Source of the DNA: an uncultured Candidatus Rokubacteria bacterium
GTDB lineage: Bacteria; Methylomirabilota; Methylomirabilia; Rokubacteriales; DASRDR01
Assembly: GCA_963826115.1 (NCBI GenBank)
Contig: CAWGVS010000004.1
Coordinates: 1-64,000, forward strand
Direction of reading: 5' to 3'
Length of the DNA: 64,000 bases
The translations under genes and the position numbers were made by a program. How positions within the stretch are numbered: the first letter of the stretch is position 1; each line of letters begins with the position of its first letter. This document shows positions 41,042-51,538 of the stretch, piece by piece. The notes under the pieces are model-generated. The model had not been told where the DNA came from, made no database searches, and was given only the letters and a program-made list of their open reading frames with translations.

Positions 41042-41986
41042 GTGCCCATCTTCGTCCTTCGCCGCGTGGCGGCGATGCTCTTCGCCATGCTCTTCCTCAC
41101 CGCGCTGATCTTCTGGCTGATGCACGCGGTGCTGGGCGACCCGGTGGTGCTGATGCTGGGGCGCGACGCGGACCCGGCCACGGTGGCGCGCCTTCGCCAG
41201 GACCTCGGCTTCGACCGCCCCGCGCACGCGCAGTACCTCGACTGGCTGGGGCGGCTCGTGCGCGGCGACTGGGGCCGCTCCTTCCGCACGAGCCAGCCCG
41301 TCCTGGGCGTGATCGCCGCCCGGCTGCCGGTGACCCTCGAGCTGACGATGCTCGCGCTCGGGCTCGCCCTCGGGCTGGCCCTCGTGCTCGGCATCCTGGC
41401 CGCCGTCCGCCCGCACGGGCCGCTGGACCTCGGCGTCTCCGTGCTCACGGCGCTCGGGATCGCCATGCCGAACTTCTGGATCGCGATCCTGCTGATCCTG
41501 CTGTTCGCCCTCCACCTCCGCTGGCTGCCCTCCTCCGGCAGCGTGCCGCTGCTGGAGGACCCGCTCGGGAACCTGCGCGCCATGGCCCTGCCGGCGATCA
41601 CGCTCAGCGCCGCCTACTTCTCCAACCTGGCCCGCCTGACGCGGGCCCGGATGCTCGAGGCGCTCGGGAGCGACTACGTGCGAACGGCCCGCGCCAAGGG
41701 CGTGCAGGAGCGCCGCGTCCTGTGGGCGCACGCGCTGCGGAACTCGCTCCTGCCGGTCCTGAGCGTGCTCGGCGTCAGCCTCTCGCGCCTCTTCGGCGGC
41801 GCGGTCGTCACCGAGACCGTGTTCGCCCTGCCGGGCGTCGGCATCCTCCTCGTCGATTCCATCCTGAGCCGCGACTTCCCGGTCGTGCAGGGCGTGATCG
41901 TCGTCGTGACCATCGGCGTCTTCCTCACGAATCTTCTCGTCGAGCTGACCTACGGGCTGGTGGATCCCCGGGTGCGGCATGAGTAG
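41042..41986 (+). CDS. Peptide ABC permease (DppB/OppB type)
   Basis: GDWGRSF, MPNFW, DYVRTARAKG, ETVFALPG, DPRVR. Confidence 0.92.
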   Translation: MPIFVLRRVAAMLFAMLFLTALIFWLMHAVLGDPVVLMLGRDADPATVARLRQDLGFDRPAHAQYLDWLGRLVRGDWGRSFRTSQPVLGVIAARLPVTLELTMLALGLALGLALVLGILAAVRPHGPLDLGVSVLTALGIAMPNFWIAILLILLFALHLRWLPSSGSVPLLEDPLGNLRAMALPAITLSAAYFSNLARLTRARMLEALGSDYVRTARAKGVQERRVLWAHALRNSLLPVLSVLGVSLSRLFGGAVVTETVFALPGVGILLVDSILSRDFPVVQGVIVVVTIGVFLTNLLVELTYGLVDPRVRHE

Positions 41987-42854
41987 GCGGACCGCGCTGG
42001 TCGCCGCGAGCGCCGCCGTCATCGGCGCCGCGCTCCTGTGCGCGGCGCTCGGCGCGCGGCTCGCGCCGTACGACGCCCTCCGCTACGACGTCCGCAACAC
42101 CCTCCGCGCCCCCAGCCGGGCGCACCTGCTCGGGACCGATCCCCTCGGCCGCGACGTGCTGAGCCAGCTGATCACCGGCGCGCGCGTCTCGATGGTGGCC
42201 GGCGTGGTCTCGGTGATCGTGGGCATGGCGGCCGGGACCGCGGTGGGCCTGGTGGCGGGGACCGCCCGCGGCCGCGCGGCCGGCCTCCTGATGCGCGCGA
42301 TGGACGCCCTCCTCGTCTTCCCGTCCCTCGTCCTGGCGCTGGCCATCACCGCCTTCCTCGGCGTGAGCCTGTGGAACGTGATCGTCGCGCTCGCGGTGAC
42401 GTTCCTCCCGACGTTCGCGATCCTGGTGCGCGGCGAGGTGCTGTCGCTGCGGGAGCGCGAGTTCGTCACCGCCGCCTGGGCGCTCGGATCCCGCCGGACC
42501 CGGGTCATGTGGCGGCATCTCCTACCGAACGTCGGCGACGTCCTGCTGGTCCAGGCCTCGTTCGGCCTCGGGACCGCGATCCTGACCGAGGCGAGCCTGA
42601 GCTTTCTCGGGCTCGGCGTGCCGCCGCCCACGCTCTCCTGGGGTCGGATGCTGAGGGAGGGCTACTCGTATCTCCTGCTCGCGCCGTGGATCTCGGTCGC
42701 GTCCGGCGCCGCGATCTTCGCCGTCGTCCTGGCGTTCCAGCTGCTGGCGGACGGCCTCCAGGACGTCTTCGCCCGGCGGGCCGGTGGCGCGCGGTCTCGC
42801 GGCGTGGGCGGCAGGGCGTATCCAGCCCCGGCCGCGGGCGGCCGGGCGACCTGA
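41979..42854 (+). CDS. Peptide ABC permease (DppC/OppC type)
   Basis: HLLGTDPLGRD, REFVTAA, HLLPN, EASLSFLGLG. Confidence 0.92.
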   Translation: MSRRTALVAASAAVIGAALLCAALGARLAPYDALRYDVRNTLRAPSRAHLLGTDPLGRDVLSQLITGARVSMVAGVVSVIVGMAAGTAVGLVAGTARGRAAGLLMRAMDALLVFPSLVLALAITAFLGVSLWNVIVALAVTFLPTFAILVRGEVLSLREREFVTAAWALGSRRTRVMWRHLLPNVGDVLLVQASFGLGTAILTEASLSFLGLGVPPPTLSWGRMLREGYSYLLLAPWISVASGAAIFAVVLAFQLLADGLQDVFARRAGGARSRGVGGRAYPAPAAGGRAT

Positions 42855-42978
42855 CGGGTCAGCGGTCGGCGTAGACGCGCCGGCCCCCCTCGCGCCCGGG
42901 GGTACTCAGGCCCGGGTGGACCGGGTGTTCGACCTGCTCGGTCAGCCGATCGGGGTAGACGCCAAAGCCTGATCTCGA

Positions 42979-44316
42979 CTAGCGCCCGGGGAAGACCACC
43001 TTCAGGCAGTCGGCGAGGACGCCGAGCACGGTCTCGACCTCGCCCTCGTCGATGATGAGCGGGGGCTTGATCTTGATCACGTTCGGGAGCGCGGCCGCGG
43101 TCGCCAGGATGACGCCGCGCTTCCAGGCCTCGGCGACCAGTTGCTTGGCCTGGGCCGAGGCCGGCTCCCGCGTCTCCGGGTCCGTGACCAGCTCGACGCC
43201 CAGGAACAGGCCCGGCCCGCGGATGTCGCCGATCTGGGGATACTCGGCCTGCAAGGCCTTCAGGCCGCGGGTGAAGAGGGCCCCCATCTTCGCGGCGTGC
43301 TCGGGAATGCGGTCGCGCTCGAGGATCTCGATCACCTTGAGGGCCGCGGCCTGGGCGATGGGATTCGACCCGAACGTGTAGACGTCCTCGCCCGTCGCCT
43401 CGAACTGCTTGAGCCGATCGTCGGACACCACGGCCGCCAGGGGGAAGCCGCCGCCGATCGCCTTCGACAGCACCATGATGTCGGGCGTCACGCCGAGCCC
43501 CTCGGCGGCGAACATCCGGCCCGTCCGCCCGAAGCCGGTCTGGATCTCGTCGAAGATGAGAAGCGCGCCGAACTCGTCCGCGATCCGGCGCACCTCGCGC
43601 ACGAACGCCGCCGGGAAGACGACGCCCCCGCCGTTGCCCTGGATCGGCTCCATCATGATGGCGGCGACCGGGCCGTCCACCCCGCGCTGGAGCGTGTCGC
43701 GGATCGGGGCCGCGCAGCCGGCGTCGCACTGGCCGTCCAGCCCGTGCTGGGCGCGCCGCCAGCAGCGGTAGGAGTACGGGTTCGGCACCCGGACGAAGTT
43801 CTGCATGAACGGCATGAACTTCACGCCGGGGCCGTAGTGGCCGGCCGTCTTCGTCGGGCTCCACGAGGCCGCCATCGTCGCCAGCGTGTTGCCGTGGTAC
43901 GCGTGGTAGAAGGTCACGAACCGGTGCGCGGCCGGCCGGTTGATCATCGCGAGCTTCATCGCCGACTCGATGCCCAGAGAGCCGGTCGGGGCGTAGGTGA
44001 CGATGTTCAGCCGGCCCGGGCAGAGATCAGCCAGCCGCTTCGCGAGCTGGAGGCGCGGCAAGGTCGGGAAGCCCGCGCGCACGTGCGGCAACGACTGCAT
44101 CTGGGCGAGCGCGGCCTCCGTCACCTCGGGGTGGTTGTAGCCGAGCGCGAGCGTCCAGGCCTGCGCCGTGCAGTCGATGTACGACTTCCCGTCGATATCG
44201 GTGACGCGGGAGCCCTTGCCGGCGACCAGGACGGGGCCGAGCCAGGTGGCGCCGTAGCCCACGTGGCGCTGGAGCTCCGCGATCTGCTCGGGTGTGAACG
44301 ATCCCTGTTGCTGCAC
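42979..44316 (-). CDS. Class III aminotransferase
   Basis: LGYNHP, AYHGNT, MEPIQG, LIFDEIQTGFGRTG, SKAIGGG. Confidence 0.9.
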   Translation of the reverse strand: MQQQGSFTPEQIAELQRHVGYGATWLGPVLVAGKGSRVTDIDGKSYIDCTAQAWTLALGYNHPEVTEAALAQMQSLPHVRAGFPTLPRLQLAKRLADLCPGRLNIVTYAPTGSLGIESAMKLAMINRPAAHRFVTFYHAYHGNTLATMAASWSPTKTAGHYGPGVKFMPFMQNFVRVPNPYSYRCWRRAQHGLDGQCDAGCAAPIRDTLQRGVDGPVAAIMMEPIQGNGGGVVFPAAFVREVRRIADEFGALLIFDEIQTGFGRTGRMFAAEGLGVTPDIMVLSKAIGGGFPLAAVVSDDRLKQFEATGEDVYTFGSNPIAQAAALKVIEILERDRIPEHAAKMGALFTRGLKALQAEYPQIGDIRGPGLFLGVELVTDPETREPASAQAKQLVAEAWKRGVILATAAALPNVIKIKPPLIIDEGEVETVLGVLADCLKVVFPGR

Positions 44317-44361
44317 GAGCGGCTCCTTCCGTATTGGGCCGTGTCGGGGTGAGGGGACGGC

Positions 44362-45141
44362 TCAGACGTACTCCATCCGGCCGCCGTGGATGTCGAGGAC
44401 GGCGCCGTTCACGAACGCGGCGCCGTCGGAGGCGAGGAAGACCACGGCCGCGGCGATCTCGCGCGGCTGACCGATCCGGCCGACCGGGATCTGCTTCGTG
44501 AGGGCGTCCAGGCGCTCCCGGGGAAGCGTGCTCCCGAGGCGCTCGGTGTCCACGTAGCCCGGCGAGATCGCGTTGACCGTGACGCCGTGGGGCCCGAGCT
44601 CGCGGGCGGCCGTGCGGGTGAGCGCGATCACCCCGGCCTTCGCCGCGCCGTAGTGGCCGAGCGTCGGCCGCCCGCCGATGCGCCCGTGGACCGACGAGGT
44701 GTTGACGATCCGTCCCCAGCGCTGGCGCACCATGTGGGGCGCCGCGTGCTTGAGGCACAGGAACGTCCCGGTGAGGTGGGAATCCACCATCAGGTGCCAG
44801 GTGCTCTCGTCGAGATCGAGGAGCGGCACGTTGAGCTGGGCGCCGAGCGCGCCGGCGTTGTTGACCAGGATGTCGAGGCGTCCCAGCGTCCGCACCACCT
44901 CGTCCACCGCGTGGCGGACCTCGTCGGAGCGGCGGACGTCCGCCCGCACGACGAGCGCGCGGCGTCCGGTGGCCCGGCAGCGGCGCGCCGTCTCCTCGGC
45001 GCCCGCGACGTCCGAGTGGCCGAGGATCGCCACGTCGGCGCCCGCCTCGGCGAGCCCGACCGCCTCCGCGCGCCCGATCCCCGCTGCCCCGCCGGTGACC
45101 AGCGCGACGCGCGGCTCGGTCCAGGTCGGACTGCCCGTCAC
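44362..45141 (-). CDS. SDR oxidoreductase (FabG-like)
   Basis: TGGAAGIG, NNAG, YGAAK, NAISPG. Confidence 0.92.
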   Translation of the reverse strand: MTGSPTWTEPRVALVTGGAAGIGRAEAVGLAEAGADVAILGHSDVAGAEETARRCRATGRRALVVRADVRRSDEVRHAVDEVVRTLGRLDILVNNAGALGAQLNVPLLDLDESTWHLMVDSHLTGTFLCLKHAAPHMVRQRWGRIVNTSSVHGRIGGRPTLGHYGAAKAGVIALTRTAARELGPHGVTVNAISPGYVDTERLGSTLPRERLDALTKQIPVGRIGQPREIAAAVVFLASDGAAFVNGAVLDIHGGRMEYV

Positions 45142-45208
45142 GCGCGCCTCCTCGTCTCGATCGGTCGTCCCCCCGCCCGTCCGCGGGCGGGCCCGGCGAT
45201 GCCGTCGA

Positions 45209-46366
45209 TCATAGCCCGTCCGCGACCCGCGCGTCCGCGCCGATGTACTCGTAGGTCGCGCGGCCGGTCAACGAGACGAGGACCTCGAGCGCGGTCCGCC
45301 CCTGAGCCGCGGCCACCTCGGCGAGGGTCGGGCCCGCCGCGGGCTCCGCCGCGACGAGCCGCACCGGGTCGCCGACGCGGGCGCTCCCGACGTCGGTGAG
45401 CTCGACGACGGTGTGCTCGAGCGACACTGACAGCACTGGCGCGTCGCCGCCCGCCACGCGCACCCGCTGCCCCGGCTTCGGAACGAGGATCGAGTTCGAG
45501 TAGCCGATCGGGAGCGCGCCGAGGCGGGTGGCGCGGGTCGCGACCCGGGTGCCGCCGTAGCCGTACCGCGTTCCCGCCGCGACCTCCCGGATCGTCTCGA
45601 GCGCGGTCCGGACCTCGGTCAGCACCGGACGCGTCCCCAGCGGGGCGGAGACCCAGCCGGGCTCGATGCCGTACAGGAGCGAGCCGGGACAGACGGCGTT
45701 GGCCTCGGGCGCGGCCAGGCCGCAGGCGATCCCTCCACTCGCGAGGGCCTGCACGAGGAAGGGCCCGCGCGCGGCCGCGCGGATCTCGGCCGCGACGTGC
45801 CCGAAGGCGCGGAGCCGCTCCTCGACCCAGGCGGTGGCGTCACGCCCGCCGAAGGGGAGGTGGGTGAAGACGCCCGCGAGCCGGACCGCGGGGAGCGCCG
45901 TCCGGATGCGCGCCGCCACCCGCGCGGCGTCGTCGAGCGGAACGCCCACGCGGCCGAGCCCGCTGTCGACCTTCAGGAAGACCGAGGGGAGCCGCGACCG
46001 GGCCGCGCCCGCGAGCGTCTCCGCCTCCGTGTACGACTGGATGCCCACCGTGATTCCCGCATCCACCAAGGGCGCGGGATCGCCGCCGTCCCCGGTGGGG
46101 AAGAGGAGGATGTCGCAGGCGACGCCCCAGCCTCGGAGCGCGAGGGCATCATGCGGGCTCCCGAGCGAGAGCCACCGGACGCCCGCCGCCTCGAGGCCGC
46201 GGGCGACGGCGCGCACGCCGTGGCCGTAGGCGTTGGCCTTGACGCACGCGATCAGCTCGGTCTCGGGGCCGAGGCGCCGGCGGAGCAGCGCGAGGTTTTC
46301 GCGCAGCGCGTCCAGCGAGACGACCGCGCGGAGCGGCGTGGCGTGAAGGGTCTCGATCGCGCTCAT
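45209..46366 (-). CDS. Alanine racemase family protein (divergent)
   Basis: CVKANAYGHG PLP-Lys motif, LKVDSGLGRVG, FTH, YGYG. Confidence 0.85.
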   Translation of the reverse strand: MSAIETLHATPLRAVVSLDALRENLALLRRRLGPETELIACVKANAYGHGVRAVARGLEAAGVRWLSLGSPHDALALRGWGVACDILLFPTGDGGDPAPLVDAGITVGIQSYTEAETLAGAARSRLPSVFLKVDSGLGRVGVPLDDAARVAARIRTALPAVRLAGVFTHLPFGGRDATAWVEERLRAFGHVAAEIRAAARGPFLVQALASGGIACGLAAPEANAVCPGSLLYGIEPGWVSAPLGTRPVLTEVRTALETIREVAAGTRYGYGGTRVATRATRLGALPIGYSNSILVPKPGQRVRVAGGDAPVLSVSLEHTVVELTDVGSARVGDPVRLVAAEPAAGPTLAEVAAAQGRTALEVLVSLTGRATYEYIGADARVADGL

Positions 46367-46424
46367 GGCGTGAGGCCTCGATGCCGCTGACGCGGCCGCG
46401 GGCGGGTCATCGTCGTGACGCGCG

Positions 46425-47222
46425 TCAGGAGGCGGCGCCCGCGGGCGCGGTCAGGAGGCAGTCGTCGGCGAGCGGGGCGACCGGGGTGAAGTCCCGGTGG
46501 TGCTTGTAGTCCGGGCGCGCGAAGCGCGTCTGGGCGTTCGCGATCGGGTTCAGGATCAGGGAGAAGATCCGGCGGTCCCAGGGCGAGAGGTTCGGCGGCG
46601 AGCCGTGGACCAGGCAGTCGCCGAAGATGAGCGCGGTCCCCGCCACGCCCGACGCCGTCACCAGGCCGCCCGCCGCCGTCAGCCGGGCCACCGTCTCGTT
46701 GGCCACCGTCCAGAGCGCGTAGCTCGTGGTCACGGTGTCGAGCGCCGTCGGGGCGGGGCCGTCCCGGTGCGAGCCCCGGATGAAGACGAGCGGCCCGTTG
46801 TGCTCCGTGACGTCGTCGAGGAAGACGTGGAGGTTCAGCGCGAGCGGCTCGGGGACGCCGTCCTCGGCGTGGTGCGTCGCGAAGTCGTAGTGCCACTGCC
46901 AGGCCTCGCCCGTGAAGGCGACCTTGGCGTTGACCTTCGCCTGCTGGACGTAGAGCCGGTCGGTGCCGAGGATCTGGCGCGCCGGCTCGACGAACCGCGG
47001 GTGTCGGCAGAGGCGCGCGTAGGCGTCGCTGCGGAGGTGGAGCCCCATGAGGGTGCGGGCCTCGCCGCTCGCCTTCTCCCGGATGTTCGCGGGGGTGTCC
47101 TCGGCGAGGAGGCGCGGAAGCTCCGCGCGGAGGACGTCGACCTCCGCCGTCGAGAACAGCGCGGGCAGGATCAGGAACCCCTGCGCGTGGAACGCCTCGA
47201 GCTGGGCCGCCGTCAGCCGCAC
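46425..47222 (-). CDS. PhyH-family Fe(II)/2-oxoglutarate dioxygenase (EctD-like)
   Basis: QQAKVNAK, WQWHYD, NGPL..GSH, HGSPPNLSP. Confidence 0.88.
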   Translation of the reverse strand: MRLTAAQLEAFHAQGFLILPALFSTAEVDVLRAELPRLLAEDTPANIREKASGEARTLMGLHLRSDAYARLCRHPRFVEPARQILGTDRLYVQQAKVNAKVAFTGEAWQWHYDFATHHAEDGVPEPLALNLHVFLDDVTEHNGPLVFIRGSHRDGPAPTALDTVTTSYALWTVANETVARLTAAGGLVTASGVAGTALIFGDCLVHGSPPNLSPWDRRIFSLILNPIANAQTRFARPDYKHHRDFTPVAPLADDCLLTAPAGAAS

Positions 47223-47255
47223 GCATCGAGGATAGTCGACGCGGCGCCCGGGCTG

Positions 47256-47963
47256 TCAAGGCGACCTCCCGTCCGTCGCGGCCACGCGGAAGCCGTAGTC
47301 CGAGTAGCGGAGATGGGGCGGCAGGCTCGAGCGGTGCGCCACCGGGCTCCACGGCGCGTGGTGGCGCCAGGCGCCGCCTCGCGACACGCGGCGCGTGCCC
47401 GCGGGCGGCCCCGTCGGGTTGCGGTCCGTCGCGCGCGCGTACGCGTCCGTGGCGTACCAGTCCCCGCACCACTCGTGCACGACGCCGGCGAGGTCGGTGA
47501 GCCCGAACCCGTTCGCCGGGCCGCGCCCGATGCGCGGGGGCGCGGGCAGGGCGCCCGTCGTCTCGCCGAACCAGCGGGCGGGCGGCTCGTCGCCCCACGG
47601 GTACCGCGCGTCCTCCCGGCCGCCCCGCGCCGCGCGCTCCCACTCCGCCTCGCTCGGCAGCCGATGCGCGCGCCCGCGCGTCTCGGTCAGCCACGCGCAG
47701 AACCGGACAGCCTCCTCCCAGGTCACGCCCACGACCGGCTGAGCGGGGTCCGAGAAGCGCGGGTCGGCCCAGAACGGCGGCGGCGGGGTCCCGCTCGCCG
47801 TCAGGAACGGGCCGTACTGGGCATTGGTGACCGGCGTGCCCGCCAGGTGGAACGCGTCGACCCACACCGGATGCGCGGGCCGCGCGTCGGGCAGGCCGTC
47901 GTCCCAGCCCATCCGGAACCATCCCGCCGGGATCGCCACGAGCTCCACGAGTGCGACCGTCAT
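47256..47963 (-). CDS. FGE-sulfatase (SUMF1/EgtB/PvdO) domain protein
   Basis: IPAGWFRMG, PVTNAQY, RLPSEAEWE, NGFGL.D, RGGAW, GFRV. Confidence 0.88.
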   Translation of the reverse strand: MTVALVELVAIPAGWFRMGWDDGLPDARPAHPVWVDAFHLAGTPVTNAQYGPFLTASGTPPPPFWADPRFSDPAQPVVGVTWEEAVRFCAWLTETRGRAHRLPSEAEWERAARGGREDARYPWGDEPPARWFGETTGALPAPPRIGRGPANGFGLTDLAGVVHEWCGDWYATDAYARATDRNPTGPPAGTRRVSRGGAWRHHAPWSPVAHRSSLPPHLRYSDYGFRVAATDGRSP

Positions 47964-47997
47964 TCTACCGAGCGGGGCCGCCTGCTACCATGAGCGC

Positions 47998-49512
47998 GTG
48001 CGCATCGCGCCGCCGCCGGCCGATCCCATCCTGGTCGCGCTCGACGTGGGCTCGTCGTCGGTGCGGGCCCTCGCCTTCTCCCGGCTGGGCGAGCCGCTCG
48101 GGCTCGTCTGCCAGCGCCCGTACGAGCCGACCACGACGCCCGACGGGGGAGTGGAGGTCGACGCCGCGCGGCTCGTCGAGCTGACCGGCGAGGCGCTCGA
48201 CGGGCTCGTGGCCGCGCTGGGCCCGCGGATCGGCCGGGTGACCGCGGTGGCCACCTGCACCTTCTGGCACACCGTGCTCGGCCTCGGGCCCGACGACCGC
48301 CCGTCCACGCCCGTCTACTCCTGGGCGGACACGCGGAGCGCGGGTGCCGTCGAGGCGCTCCGCGCGAAGATCGACGAGAAGGCGTACCACGCGCGCGTGG
48401 GCTGCCGGCTGCACACGTCCTATCTCCCGGCGCGCCTCTGGTGGCTCCGCGAGCGTGACCCGGCCGCGTTCCGCGCGACGCGACGCTGGGTGTCGTTCGG
48501 GGAGTACCTGGGGCTCCGACTCTTCGGCGAGCTCCGCACGAGCGTCTCGATGGCGTCGGGGACCGGCCTGTTCGACCAGTGGGCGCGCCGCTGGGACCCC
48601 GGCATCCTGGAGGTCCTCGGCATCGCGCCCGAGCAGCTCGGGCCGATCGTCGACCTGGACCAGCCGTTCCGTGGCCTCCGGCCCGAGTTCGCCGCGCGCT
48701 GGCCCGGGTTCGCGACGGTGCCGTGGCTGCCGGCGCTCGGGGACGGGGCATGCTCGAACGTCGGGGCCGGCTGCACGACGGCCTCGCGGGCGGCCCTGAT
48801 GATCGGCACGTCGGGCGCGATGCGCGTCTGCTTCGAGGCCGATACGGTCACGATTCCCGACGGTCTCTGGTGCTATCGCGTGGACCGCCGGCGGCTCCTC
48901 CTCGGAGGCTCCCTGTCGAACGGCGGGAGTGTCTACGCCTGGCTGACCGACACGCTCGACGTGCCCCCGCCCAAGCGGCTCGAGAAGGCGCTCCAGGCGA
49001 TGGAGGCCGACGCCCACGGGCTGACGATGCTCCCGTTCTTGGCCGGGGAGCGGAGCCTCGGCTGGGTTGCAGCCGCCCGGGCGGCCGTCGTGGGACTGTC
49101 GCTCGCGACGCGGCCCCTCGACATCGTCCGCGCGGGGCTCGAGACCGTGGCGTATCGTTTCGCGATGATCCACGAGCGGCTCCGCGACGCGTGCCCCGGT
49201 CTCCGGGAGGTGGTCGGAACCGGAGGGGCGCTGCTCGCGTCGCCGGCCTGGATGGGCATCGTGGCCGACGTCCTCGGCGTCCCGCTCACGCCCTCGGCCG
49301 AGACCGAGGGGTCGAGCCGCGGCGCGGCCCTCCTCGCGAGCGAGGCGCTCGGCTTCATCCCGTCCCTCGACGCCGCCCCCGCGGGCGTCCAGCCAGCCGT
49401 CGCCGCGGACCCCGGTCGCCACGCCCGCTACCGCGCGGGGCTCGCCCGGCACCGCCAGCTCTACGACGTCCTGGTCCCGCACACCGACCCCGAGAGGAGA
49501 GCGGCCCCATGA
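47998..49512 (+). CDS. gntK: FGGY-family carbohydrate kinase (gluconokinase)
   Basis: [44 protein letters not shown]. Confidence 0.85.
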   Translation: MRIAPPPADPILVALDVGSSSVRALAFSRLGEPLGLVCQRPYEPTTTPDGGVEVDAARLVELTGEALDGLVAALGPRIGRVTAVATCTFWHTVLGLGPDDRPSTPVYSWADTRSAGAVEALRAKIDEKAYHARVGCRLHTSYLPARLWWLRERDPAAFRATRRWVSFGEYLGLRLFGELRTSVSMASGTGLFDQWARRWDPGILEVLGIAPEQLGPIVDLDQPFRGLRPEFAARWPGFATVPWLPALGDGACSNVGAGCTTASRAALMIGTSGAMRVCFEADTVTIPDGLWCYRVDRRRLLLGGSLSNGGSVYAWLTDTLDVPPPKRLEKALQAMEADAHGLTMLPFLAGERSLGWVAAARAAVVGLSLATRPLDIVRAGLETVAYRFAMIHERLRDACPGLREVVGTGGALLASPAWMGIVADVLGVPLTPSAETEGSSRGAALLASEALGFIPSLDAAPAGVQPAVAADPGRHARYRAGLARHRQLYDVLVPHTDPERRAAP

Positions 49513-51515
49513 CGGATCGCGATCTCGACCAGCTCTGCGTCAACACGATCCGGTTCCTCGCGGTCGATGCCGTGCAGCAGGCCAAGTCCGGGCACCCCGG
49601 GCTCCCGATGGGCGCGGCCGCCATGGCGTACGTCCTCTGGACACGCTTCCTCCGTCACCATCCGGCGAACCCCGCGTGGCCCGACCGCGACCGCTTCGTC
49701 CTCTCCGCGGGCCATGGCTCGATGCTGCTCTACGCGCTCCTCCATCTCACCGGCTACGACCTCTCGCTGGACGAGATCAAGCGCTTCCGCCAGTGGGGCT
49801 CGAAGACGCCGGGTCACCCCGAGTTCGGGCTCACGCCCGGGGTCGAGGCCACCACGGGCCCGCTGGGCCAGGGCCTCGCGAACGCGGTCGGCATGGCCGT
49901 CGCGGAGCGGCACCTCGCGGCCCGCTTCAATCGCCCGGGTCACACGGTCGTGGACCACCACACCTACGTGATCTGCTCGGACGGCGACCTCATGGAAGGC
50001 GTGGCCGCGGAGGCGTCGTCGCTGGCGGGCCACCTGGGGCTCGGCAAGCTGATCGTCCTGTACGACGACAACCACGTGTCCCTCGCGGGAAAGGCGTCCC
50101 TCTCGTTCTCCGAGGACGTGCCCCGGCGATTCGACGCGCTCGGCTGGCACACACAGGCGGTCGCCGACGGGAACGACCTCGACGCGATCGACGCGGCCAT
50201 CCTGGCCGCGCGGGCCGAGCCCGCGCACCCGTCCCTGATCGCCGTGCGCACCATCATCGGCTACGGCGCGCCGAAGAAGGCGGGCACCCACGAGGCGCAC
50301 GGGGAGCCGCTCGGCGACGCGGAGGTGCGGGGCGCCAAGCAGGCGCTCGGGTGGCCCGTCGAGCCGCCGTTTCTCCTTCCGGAGCCCGCGGTGCGGCGGT
50401 TCCGCCAGGCGCTCGCGGATGGCGCGCGGGCCGAGGCCGACTGGCAGACGCGGCTCGACGGGTGGCAGCGCGCGTTCCCCGGCCTCGCCGCAGAGTGGCG
50501 CGACGGCCAGGCGCGGGCGCTCCCCGCCGGCTGGGACCAGGACGTCCCGCGCTTCCCGGCGGACACGCCGATGGCGACGCGCGACGCGAGCGGCGCGGTC
50601 CTGGCCGCGGTGTCGCCGCGCGTGCCGCATCTGATCGGCGGCGACGCGGACCTCGCGCCCTCGACGAAGACGCTGGTGAAGACCGCCGGCTCGTTCCTCT
50701 CCGCCTCGCCCGAGGGTCGCCACATCCACTTCGGCGTGCGGGAGCACGCCATGGGGTCCATCGCCAACGGCATCACGTACCACGGCGGGCTCCTCGTCTT
50801 CTGCGGCACGTTCTTCGTGTTCTCCGACTACATGCGCCCCGCGGTGCGGCTGGCCGCGCTCGCGGAGCTGCCCGTCGTCTACGTCTGGACCCATGACTCG
50901 ATCGGGGTGGGGGAGGACGGGCCGACGCACGAGCCGGTCGAGCATCTGGCGGCGCTCCGGGCGATGCCGAACCTGGTCGTGCTCCGTCCCGGGGACGCCG
51001 CCGAGACGGTCGAGGCCTGGCGGGTCGCGCTCGGACGCCGGCACGGTCCGACGGCGCTGGTTCTCACCCGCCAGAAGCTGCCGGTGCTCGACCGCGCGGT
51101 CTACGCGCCCGCCGCGGGCCTCCGGCGGGGCGCTTACGTGCTCGCGGACGCGCCGGGCGGAGTGCCGGAGCTCGTCCTGATCGGGACCGGCTCCGAGCTC
51201 CAGCTCGTGGTGGCCGCGCAGACCGCCCTCGCGAAGGACGGAATCCGCGCGCGGGTCGTGAGCATGCCCTCGTGGGAGCTCTTCTCCACCGAGCCGACCG
51301 AGTACCGGGAGACGGTCCTCCCGCGGACGATCGCGCGCCGCCTGGCCGTGGAGGCCGGGGCGACCTTCGGGTGGGAGCGCTGGGTCGGGAGCGCGGGCGC
51401 GGTCGTGGGCATCGACCGGTTCGGCGCGTCCGCGCCGGGCGACACCGTGATGCGGGAGCTGGGCTTCACGGTCGACCACGTCGTGAGCCGCGCCCGCGCG
51501 CTGCTCGGCCGCTGA
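49509..51515 (+). CDS. tkt: Transketolase
   Basis: [53 protein letters not shown]. Confidence 0.96.
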   Translation: MTDRDLDQLCVNTIRFLAVDAVQQAKSGHPGLPMGAAAMAYVLWTRFLRHHPANPAWPDRDRFVLSAGHGSMLLYALLHLTGYDLSLDEIKRFRQWGSKTPGHPEFGLTPGVEATTGPLGQGLANAVGMAVAERHLAARFNRPGHTVVDHHTYVICSDGDLMEGVAAEASSLAGHLGLGKLIVLYDDNHVSLAGKASLSFSEDVPRRFDALGWHTQAVADGNDLDAIDAAILAARAEPAHPSLIAVRTIIGYGAPKKAGTHEAHGEPLGDAEVRGAKQALGWPVEPPFLLPEPAVRRFRQALADGARAEADWQTRLDGWQRAFPGLAAEWRDGQARALPAGWDQDVPRFPADTPMATRDASGAVLAAVSPRVPHLIGGDADLAPSTKTLVKTAGSFLSASPEGRHIHFGVREHAMGSIANGITYHGGLLVFCGTFFVFSDYMRPAVRLAALAELPVVYVWTHDSIGVGEDGPTHEPVEHLAALRAMPNLVVLRPGDAAETVEAWRVALGRRHGPTALVLTRQKLPVLDRAVYAPAAGLRRGAYVLADAPGGVPELVLIGTGSELQLVVAAQTALAKDGIRARVVSMPSWELFSTEPTEYRETVLPRTIARRLAVEAGATFGWERWVGSAGAVVGIDRFGASAPGDTVMRELGFTVDHVVSRARALLGR

Positions 51516-51538
51516 CCCGCGCCCGGCGGCGCGCCCGC

